DNA of 49,248 bases, from positions 1 to 49,248 of IMG/VR virus record IMGVR_UViG_3300037440_000199, one strand, 5' to 3'. Below, piece after piece: positions 10,327-16,142 of the stretch; within the stretch, counting starts at the first letter, position 1; each line of letters begins with the position of its first letter. Source of the DNA: a virus. Lineage: Duplodnaviria > Caudoviricetes. The notes below the pieces were generated by a model that saw nothing but the letters and a program-made list of their open reading frames with translations, made no database searches and was not told where the DNA came from. A program made the position numbers and the translations under genes.

Positions 10327-10476
10327 AAAAAGAACGGCCCCGACGCCCAAGGTGCTACGCATTACAAACAGGAGGGTGGCGTCGGGGCCGTAAGTCAGGC
10401 TGTTGAGACAGAACCGGCAGCCCACGAAGCCACCGGGTAGAGAGGATCGGGTGAACTCTACCAAAAGCCCCGACCC
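10327..10476 (-). ncRNA. putative structured ncRNA, unit 3
   Basis: follows TTGACA-18-TACATT; ends in a perfect 14-bp stem (10334-10347/10378-10391) plus UCUUUUU. Confidence 0.6.
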
Positions 10477-10482
10477 CGTGGG

Positions 10483-10512
10483 AATGTAGGATACTGAGGC
10501 GGGTGTTGTCAA
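10483..10512 (-). promoter_or_regulatory. sigma70-like promoter, unit 3
   Basis: TTGACA-18-TACATT; -35 centred in the palindrome GGGTGTTG-T-CAACACCC (10501-10517). Confidence 0.7.
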
Positions 10513-10565
10513 CACCCTTACACGAGCGGAGCGGATTGAAACTGATTCGCTGTGCTCAGTGAAAG

Positions 10566-10730
10566 AAAAGACCGGGGCGGCAAGTGAACCGCTGAGCGAC
10601 AGTACCGCCCCGGCCTCCCGGGTGGGCGTGCCGATTTATCAGTTCGGTGCCGCCCGGACTTACTGAGGGCGGATGCCCGCTTTCACCCTGTTAAGCGATC
10701 CAGTCGCGCAGAGCCGATCCCGCAGTTTGC
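10566..10730 (-). ncRNA. putative structured ncRNA, unit 2
   Basis: follows TTGACA-18-TACAAA; two hairpins with complementary loops; ends in CCGGGGCGG...CCGCCCCGG-UCUUUU. Confidence 0.65.
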
Positions 10731-10766
10731 GTCGGATTTGTAGGCAGATGTCGAGGGGGTTGTCAA
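10731..10766 (-). promoter_or_regulatory. sigma70-like promoter, unit 2
   Basis: TTGACA-18-TACAAA-tccgac; near-identical to the unit 1 promoter. Confidence 0.7.
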
Positions 10767-10791
10767 CACCCTTATACACCCGGAACGGATT

Positions 10792-10896
10792 AAAAAGACC
10801 GGGGCGGCAAGTGAACCGCTGAGCGACAGTACCGCCCCGGCCAACGGTCATCCCGGAGTGCCGGGAGCCGCATATATGCGTCGATGCGCGACGCGC
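10792..10896 (-). ncRNA. putative structured ncRNA, unit 1
   Basis: hairpins GCGUCG/CGACGC and UCCCGG/CCGGGA, then the shared 50-nt terminal hairpin and U-tract. Confidence 0.6.
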
Positions 10897-10932
10897 GTCG
10901 GATTTGTAGGCAGATGTCGGGGGGATTGTCAA
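10897..10932 (-). promoter_or_regulatory. sigma70-like promoter, unit 1
   Basis: TTGACA-18-TACAAA-tccgac; -35 overlaps the MTase stop codon. Confidence 0.7.
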
Positions 10933-11903
10933 GCGCAGGCCGCTATGAACTCCGCGGCGACTTGCGGGACGATCGCGTTGCCGTAGGCGCGCAGGCATCC
11001 CACTCGGCCGGGAATCCCATGAGCCAGCGGGAATGTGCCGGATTCAACTGGCCGGGCTTTTCCGTCGGTGCAGAGGAGCCAGTCGGCGTCTGACCAGAAA
11101 CTAGCGCCACCGTCTTGCGGCCCGAGTCCGTATTCCCCGCCTCGTTGTAGCCTTTCTGCGCGGGCGTACCGGCCATTGGCGTCGGCCAGCTCGCTAACGA
11201 CGCCGCTCCCGGCAACCTGTCCGTTCCCTGCGCTGGTCCACCTTTCGGGCCGTCCTGCGTGCACGGCGTCGACCACGCTGCCAACTGTGCGCTCTGCCCG
11301 AGCGTCAGCCCGAAACCGTTGTTCCCGTGCTTCGCCGCGGCTTTCGCCCGACGCTCCATCCACGTCGTGTCGGTCAGGTTGCCCGCCGATGCGTCCGGCG
11401 TCGGCCACGAACCACAATCGCTGTCTGATGTGCGGCGCGCCGACGCTACAAGCTGGCAATACGGCCGCCCCGCAGGCGTAGCCTTCTGCCTCCAGGCCAG
11501 CGAAAACAGCGTCGAGCCAGCCTTGCTTAATCGCGCCGCTAACCTGCTCGCCAAAGACCTTTGCAGGCTTGCGCTCGCGGATGAGACTGAACCAGTCGGG
11601 CCACAAATGGCGATCGTCCGCGAAGCCTTTTCGCTGACCAGCGGCGCTGAAGGGCTGGCAGGGGCAGCTCCCGGTCCAGACGGGTCGGTCGTCGGGCCAT
11701 CCAGCCAGGCGTAGCGCGTAGCTCCACCCGCCGATTCCGGCGAAGAAGTGATGCTGCGTGTAGGCGGTGAGGTCGTCAGGCTGAACGTCCTTGACGCTGC
11801 GGGTGTCTACGTCGCCAGGGGCGATGAGGTTTTCGGCGATCAGGTTTTTCAGCCATTGGGCCGCGTAGGGGTCGATCTCGTTGTAGTACGCCCGGGGCTG
11901 CAT
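10929..11903 (-). CDS. DNA cytosine-5 methyltransferase (alpha-type subunit)
   Basis: FFAGIGG (motif I), [12 protein letters not shown] (IV), GEQV (VI), [11 protein letters not shown] (VIII), [10 protein letters not shown] (X). Confidence 0.9.
   Translation of the reverse strand: MQPRAYYNEIDPYAAQWLKNLIAENLIAPGDVDTRSVKDVQPDDLTAYTQHHFFAGIGGWSYALRLAGWPDDRPVWTGSCPCQPFSAAGQRKGFADDRHLWPDWFSLIRERKPAKVFGEQVSGAIKQGWLDAVFAGLEAEGYACGAAVLPACSVGAPHIRQRLWFVADAGRIGGQPDRHDVDGASGESRGEAREQRFRADARAERTVGSVVDAVHAGRPERWTSAGNGQVAGSGVVSELADANGRYARAERLQRGGEYGLGPQDGGASFWSDADWLLCTDGKARPVESGTFPLAHGIPGRVGCLRAYGNAIVPQVAAEFIAACA
10943..11554 (-). CDS. nested alternative-frame ORF, probable MTase beta-type subunit
   Basis: W(P/S)TP repeats and [16 protein letters not shown] (motif IX-like), entirely within the MTase gene. 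Confidence 0.65.
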   Translation of the reverse strand: MASRLAARLSKAGSTLFSLAWRQKATPAGRPYCQLVASARRTSDSDCGSWPTPDASAGNLTDTTWMERRAKAAAKHGNNGFGLTLGQSAQLAAWSTPCTQDGPKGGPAQGTDRLPGAASLASWPTPMAGTPAQKGYNEAGNTDSGRKTVALVSGQTPTGSSAPTEKPGQLNPAHSRWLMGFPAEWDACAPTATRSSRKSPRSS

Positions 11904-11959
11904 GTCGGATTTGTAGACGAACGTATGCAGACACGCAATAGGACCGTTATCCTACTTGA

Positions 11960-11972
11960 AATCAGGTTTTTA
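11960..11972 (+). promoter_or_regulatory. IHF consensus site
   Basis: AATCAG-GTTT-TTA matches WATCARNNNNTTR exactly, in non-coding DNA beside terS. Confidence 0.5.
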
Positions 11973-12098
11973 CAAAATTAGCGGAAGCGCCCCCGGGCTC
12001 CGACACGAACCGCGCGCAGCCCCCGGCCGGGGGGTGGGGTCGGCCTGGCAGGCTCGATCCGGGGCGCCGAGGCACGACACCGCCTAACCTAGGCGGTA

Positions 12099-12587
12099 TT
12101 AGTCTAGCCAAGACAAAGGCTTAGCCTCGTCGTCTTGGGCGTTTTGAGCGTTAACCGGGGTTGCGCGGCCGGCGAGCTCTGATTCAAGCTTGGCCACGAG
12201 CTCGTGCAGCTCGTGCGTCGTGCGTTCGGTAAGCGGCTTCTCGATAGCGCTCTCCGCGCCTTCAGCCTTTGGCGGTACCCATCCGGCGAGGCCTATCAGA
12301 TCCCTGGCGCAGTTGCGCCGAACGGCCGGCGGCACCTTTTCATCACGGGCCAGCGACAACAGCACGCTGTACGCGACGGGCGCCGCTTCAACGACCAAGC
12401 GCCGCGTTATCTCCACCCGCACGGCCGCGGCGACGTGCGGGAGCCGAATCGCGGCCGAAACCGATTCTTTATGGGAGTAGCCCGCGCGTTCGCCGGCGAG
12501 TCCCTGCGGCACTCCGTTCACTAACTCGTGAACTAACGCCCTCTGCTGATCGGTGAGGCTCGCCAAGTGTGGCGCCGGCAGACCCAC
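12099..12587 (-). CDS. terS: terminase small subunit-like protein
   Basis: N-terminal HTH LTDQQRALV...AGERAGYS...IRLPHVAAAV typical of TerS. Confidence 0.65.
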   Translation of the reverse strand: MGLPAPHLASLTDQQRALVHELVNGVPQGLAGERAGYSHKESVSAAIRLPHVAAAVRVEITRRLVVEAAPVAYSVLLSLARDEKVPPAVRRNCARDLIGLAGWVPPKAEGAESAIEKPLTERTTHELHELVAKLESELAGRATPVNAQNAQDDEAKPLSWLD

Positions 12588-12616
12588 AAAAATATTTCTC
12601 CCGTCATCACATTATT

Positions 12617-12648
12617 TTGTAGACATGCAGCACGACGTATGCCTACAA
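12617..12648. promoter_or_regulatory. symmetric bidirectional promoter between terS and the early genes
   Basis: TTGTAGACAT...ATGCCTACAA inverted repeat; reads TAGACA-18-TACAAT (+) and TAGGCA-18-TACAAA (-). Confidence 0.6.
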
Positions 12649-12686
12649 TGCCGACACTAGCAGAGACAGACAGAAGGGACAAGACG

Positions 12687-12923
12687 ATGACACACGTGAT
12701 TCTCTGCGACGGCCAAATCTTCCGTATGGAGCGTTGGGGCAACGGCTTGTCATACGAGCTGACCCACAAGCCCTCCGGAATGGCAGCGTACATGCGGGGT
12801 GAATGCGCCGCGCGATTCGACGACGATCTGCGCGCATGTGAAGACAATTTCCCCGACAACACGACCGAGCAAAACGCCGCGTGGCTTTGGGATCAATGCG
12901 AATATAGCTCGATCGCGGTCTAG
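12687..12923 (+). CDS. early hypothetical protein
   Basis: 78 aa from the ATG after the shared GAAGGGACAAGACG leader. Confidence 0.7.
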   Translation: MTHVILCDGQIFRMERWGNGLSYELTHKPSGMAAYMRGECAARFDDDLRACEDNFPDNTTEQNAAWLWDQCEYSSIAV

Positions 12924-12983
12924 CCACGCGCCTTCCTCGCTGAATACTGAGACGAATCACCGCAGACATGAAGGGACAAGACG

Positions 12984-13280
12984 ATGTCATTGGTTCAAGA
13001 CGCCCGCAACGCCCATGCCCTGCACGGCTTCAAAGCTTGGCAACTTTACCAGACCTACAAAACTTGGTGGAGCGGCCCAGTCCCGCGCGGTCCTGGGATG
13101 GACACAATCACCAGATTAGCCCTCCGACTCTACTACGGCCGGACACCAGCGGAGGCTTTGGCCCGCGAGTACCTCTACCGTTGGGGCTTGGCCATCAAGC
13201 CAGCCGATCAGTGCATTGGCGCCGCCACCCGCAACCCTTGCGTTTCCATATTCGGCGCACCGCACACAATCGGAATGTGA
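12984..13280 (+). CDS. early hypothetical protein
   Basis: 98 aa, starts at the end of repeat B. Confidence 0.7.
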   Translation: MSLVQDARNAHALHGFKAWQLYQTYKTWWSGPVPRGPGMDTITRLALRLYYGRTPAEALAREYLYRWGLAIKPADQCIGAATRNPCVSIFGAPHTIGM

Positions 13281-13327
13281 AGCCGCGCGCCTTCCTTGTG
13301 GAAAACTGAGACAGATAGGAGCAGACA

Positions 13328-13597
13328 GTGGTCAAATTCAACCCGTTCGGCAGGGTCAATTGCCAATACGGCGCTCCCATGGGCCGCCACGGAAACGACG
13401 CGTCGACATGGGACGCCACCAGCAAACTATACGCCCGCCACGGTGGCGGCGATGGTTACTATGACCGCGGCGGCGCCTATTGGGGCCACAGCGACATATA
13501 CGCCGTGTGGGCACGTGGCGGCGGATGGTGCTGCTATGTTGATGGCGTTTCATCCCCCGAATCGGCAATCCGCAAAGTGCAACGAACCAACGCCTAA
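13328..13597 (+). CDS. early hypothetical protein (YGAPMGR...YYDRGGAYWG)
   Basis: 89 aa, GTG at the end of repeat A with AGGAG RBS. Confidence 0.72.
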   Translation: MVKFNPFGRVNCQYGAPMGRHGNDASTWDATSKLYARHGGGDGYYDRGGAYWGHSDIYAVWARGGGWCCYVDGVSSPESAIRKVQRTNA

Positions 13598-13661
13598 AGC
13601 CGCGCGCACCTTCCTTGTTGAATATTGAGACAAATCACCGCAGACACGAAGGGACAAGACG

Positions 13662-13850
13662 ATGCATCTCACCGACATGACCTACGACCAAGCGAATCAC
13701 ATGCTGCGCACCGGCCGCGCGTCAGAAACCGCCGCCCGTGAGTATGTCGCCACATGGAACGCCCACAAGGTCTCTACACAAGCCACCCTGATCGAGGTCA
13801 GGGACAACGGCTTCCGTCACGTCGAAATTATCGTTGTAGACGCGCCCTGA
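13662..13850 (+). CDS. early hypothetical protein
   Basis: 62 aa, starts at the end of repeat B. Confidence 0.68.
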   Translation: MHLTDMTYDQANHMLRTGRASETAAREYVATWNAHKVSTQATLIEVRDNGFRHVEIIVVDAP

Positions 13851-13900
13851 CCTAGCCGCGCGCCTTCCTTGTGGAAAACTGAGACAGATAGGAGCAGACA

Positions 13901-14113
13901 GTGGCTAAACAATCTGACAAGCTTCGCGACATGGAAACGCCGATGGTGCTCGGTTACGAACTCGACCGCAAAACACTCCTGCCCCTTCGCCGCACGATCG
14001 ACACAAGCCGCCCCAGAGATTACGGCGCCGACCCAATCGGCAATGGCAAATTCCGCATGGTCCCCAGCGGCGACATTGTGGATTTCGCCGAACGCAACCG
14101 CAGACTCGCCTAA
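13901..14113 (+). CDS. early hypothetical protein
   Basis: 70 aa, GTG at the end of repeat A. Confidence 0.68.
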   Translation: MAKQSDKLRDMETPMVLGYELDRKTLLPLRRTIDTSRPRDYGADPIGNGKFRMVPSGDIVDFAERNRRLA

Positions 14114-14115
14114 CC

Positions 14116-14187
14116 GGCGAAACGGCGCTCCAGTCAAGAGAGCGCCGTCCGGCCGGGATGGCTTCCGGCCGCTGATGAGCCAAGCCA
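14116..14187 (+). ncRNA. type II hammerhead ribozyme
   Basis: GGC-GAAA-stem III (CGGCGCTC/GAGCGCCG)-TC^-stem I (CGGCCGGGA/TTCCGGCCG)-CTGATGA-GCC; predicted cleavage after C14149; loop TGGCT can pair with 3' AGCCA. Confidence 0.9.
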
Positions 14188-14221
14188 AAACGTTGAAAAC
14201 TGAGACAGAATGGAGACTGAA

Positions 14222-14536
14222 ATGGCTACGCGCGAATTTGAACACTATGACGGCTGCAGCCGCAACGACCCTGACAACTGCGGCGCCTGCGCACTGACTG
14301 ACACTCGGCAGAACCGCCCGAACTATTCATCTTGGCCGCTTGTCTACATGTCCAACCGCCGCGCCATCCCGGCTACGTGGAAAGCCGCTTTCTTCGAGGA
14401 GCTGGCGCGCACCGATAACCTCCTTTACCGGGACAACTTGGTCGCGCACGTCGTCAAGTATGGCGCGCGGTTTTCCGACGGTACGACGGCGGTCGAGCGG
14501 AACGGCTTGGTCATGCATGGGCCGGAAAAATGCTAA
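14222..14536 (+). CDS. early hypothetical protein, Cys/His-rich N-terminus
   Basis: HYDGC...NCGAC; GGAG RBS; directly downstream of the hammerhead. Confidence 0.68.
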   Translation: MATREFEHYDGCSRNDPDNCGACALTDTRQNRPNYSSWPLVYMSNRRAIPATWKAAFFEELARTDNLLYRDNLVAHVVKYGARFSDGTTAVERNGLVMHGPEKC

Positions 14537-14616
14537 CCCTCCTCTCCGCCCTCTTACGCCTCCTGCTGATGGCCGCCGTCATGGCCACATGGGTTGCGTA
14601 TGCCGCCAACGCGTGA
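14530..14616 (+). CDS. 28-aa hydrophobic peptide
   Basis: MLTLLSALLRLLLMAAVMATWVAYAANA; fills the gap between two ORFs. Confidence 0.4.
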   Translation: MLTLLSALLRLLLMAAVMATWVAYAANA

Positions 14617-14639
14617 AACTGAGACAGATGGAGACAGAC

Positions 14640-14999
14640 ATGGACGGCTTCCGATTCTATGCCGACTTACCCGGCACGACCACACGACCCGACACCTACG
14701 GCATATCACCCGGCCCGTACCACGAAAAGCCGGTGCTGCCGAAAAGCAGCACGGTCGCGCGCATACGCGCCTTCGCGGACAGCGGGGAACACCTGAACGT
14801 TGCGGCGGTCCTGTTAGGTCGCGAGCACACAAACGACGACTACACACAGGAAGCGATAGTAGCGACATTCAGCCATGCCGACTCCGGTACCTCGCTCGGT
14901 TCCGTGTCGCGCGAGTATCTGCGGAAGTGCCGGCGCATCCCTGAGTCACTAGCTCGCCGGCTGCACCCGCAGATGTTCGCCCGTCTTGACGCAAACTGA
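14640..14999 (+). CDS. early hypothetical protein
   Basis: 119 aa from MDGFRFYADL; GGAG RBS after the TGAGAC motif. Confidence 0.7.
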   Translation: MDGFRFYADLPGTTTRPDTYGISPGPYHEKPVLPKSSTVARIRAFADSGEHLNVAAVLLGREHTNDDYTQEAIVATFSHADSGTSLGSVSREYLRKCRRIPESLARRLHPQMFARLDAN

Positions 15000-15008
15000 G
15001 ACACCACA

Positions 15009-15212
15009 ATGACCACAATCGCAATCGCAATCAACGGCACCGTCCGCTTGCGTGGCCACTACGACCCCACGACCCAAGCCGCTCAATTGGCCGCCGAGCT
15101 CGATCGAGCCTTGCCGACCCTCCGCCAACAAGGGAGGGTCGCCATCTGGGCCGAAGCCGCCGACGGCATCGCCCATCTGGTCCACCCTTGCGCCTTCAAT
15201 GTCGGAAAGTGA
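15009..15212 (+). CDS. early hypothetical protein
   Basis: 67 aa between two motif copies. Confidence 0.6.
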   Translation: MTTIAIAINGTVRLRGHYDPTTQAAQLAAELDRALPTLRQQGRVAIWAEAADGIAHLVHPCAFNVGK

Positions 15213-15221
15213 GGCAAAGCC

Positions 15222-15356
15222 ATGTCTACAATCCTGCTGATAGCCGTGGTGGCGCTCCTGATATTCGGGACTCACCACCACCGGGCGCAAAGCCGCTTCG
15301 CTCAAAGCCGCTACGCCGGTAACATGCCAGCGCCGAAATTCATCCGCAGACTGTGA
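15222..15356 (+). CDS. 44-aa membrane peptide
   Basis: MSTILLIAVVALLIFGTHHHRAQ...; GAGG RBS. Confidence 0.5.
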   Translation: MSTILLIAVVALLIFGTHHHRAQSRFAQSRYAGNMPAPKFIRRL

Positions 15357-15373
15357 AACGGAGGAACACCCCG

Positions 15374-15586
15374 ATGGCACTCTACGAAACACGCCGCGAC
15401 GCGATCACAGCCGTGGCACTGAAGCATTGGGCGCAATGGATACGGAATGACCCACACTTCGACCGGGAGCCGCGCGAACAAACACTTAAATCGGTTCAAG
15501 ATGCGATCGCCAATACTTACATCGACGACATCAGCGACGCCGACTGGCTCACTGCAGCACTCGGGCGCTTGATGGCGACCCGCTGA
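15374..15586 (+). CDS. early hypothetical protein
   Basis: 70 aa; GGAGG RBS. Confidence 0.62.
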   Translation: MALYETRRDAITAVALKHWAQWIRNDPHFDREPREQTLKSVQDAIANTYIDDISDADWLTAALGRLMATR

Positions 15587-15590
15587 CCCC

Positions 15591-16142
15591 TCAAGTTCCC
15601 TCCCCCACCTCAGCCGCCGCCTCGGCGGCTTTTTCTTTGGCCTCTACGCCGGCCTCAGCGAGCCCGTAGAGCCATATCGGTTCTTCGGCTATGCCAGCCG
15701 CCACCCGCTTCATAATCTCCCGTGGCGCCCGCGCTACCCCATCGTGATCCGGATTCCGGGTGCGGGTCAGCCAGTCCTTCTCACGCATGTGCACCAGCGC
15801 GATAGCCGCCTGGCCTTTGAGCATCCCGGCCGCCTCGTACAGGTCGCGCGCACCGTACCACCGGCCGGGCTCCATCAGCCTCAGAAGCCGCCCCTGATTG
15901 TTGGTAGCCAAATCACGGCCGCGCTCCCACACCGCGCGCTTGGCCGCGCGCCGCTCCATGGTCGCCGCCGAGACCGCCTCGCGCTGCCGACGCCCACGGT
16001 TCGCGTCCCGAGTCCGCCGCGCCTTCTCGGTCGACTCCTTCCGGTGCCGGTCGCCTTTCCGCATGACACGCCGGTCCGTCGCGGCCGCCAGGATCATGTC
16101 CCAAGCCTCCTGGTCGAAACGCCATTCGGGGGTTTTAGCCAT
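15591..16142 (-). CDS. basic protein with possible winged-HTH
   Basis: LLRLMEPGRWYGARDLYEAAG...LVHMREKDWL; coupled to the helicase stop. Confidence 0.6.
   Translation of the reverse strand: MAKTPEWRFDQEAWDMILAAATDRRVMRKGDRHRKESTEKARRTRDANRGRRQREAVSAATMERRAAKRAVWERGRDLATNNQGRLLRLMEPGRWYGARDLYEAAGMLKGQAAIALVHMREKDWLTRTRNPDHDGVARAPREIMKRVAAGIAEEPIWLYGLAEAGVEAKEKAAEAAAEVGEGT

Larger units (their letters stand above)
10566..10842. repeat. 50-bp exact direct repeat (10566-10615, 10793-10842) containing a terminator-like hairpin
   Basis: AAAAGACCGGGGCGGCAAGTGAACCGCTGAGCGACAGTACCGCCCCGGCC twice. Confidence 0.95.
12922..13904 (+). repeat. alternating intergenic leader repeats B-A-B-A
   Basis: A: identical 51 bp at 13281-13331 and 13854-13904; B: near-identical ~65 bp at 12922-12986 and 13598-13664. 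Confidence 0.92.

Noticed and set aside
10589-10601. UCA anticodon-mimic (UGA suppressor) in the shared ncRNA hairpin
   Set aside because: The loop context lacks tRNA anticodon-loop geometry and there is no tRNA body; TGA is used normally as a stop throughout
10566-10842. CRISPR array interpretation of the 50-bp repeats
   Set aside because: Only two copies, 177 bp apart with a promoter between them; no cas genes (DUF2800 is a phage replication nuclease)
12922-13904. CRISPR or attC interpretation of the early leader repeats
   Set aside because: The intervening sequences are whole ORFs, and the repeats are non-palindromic and contain RBSs
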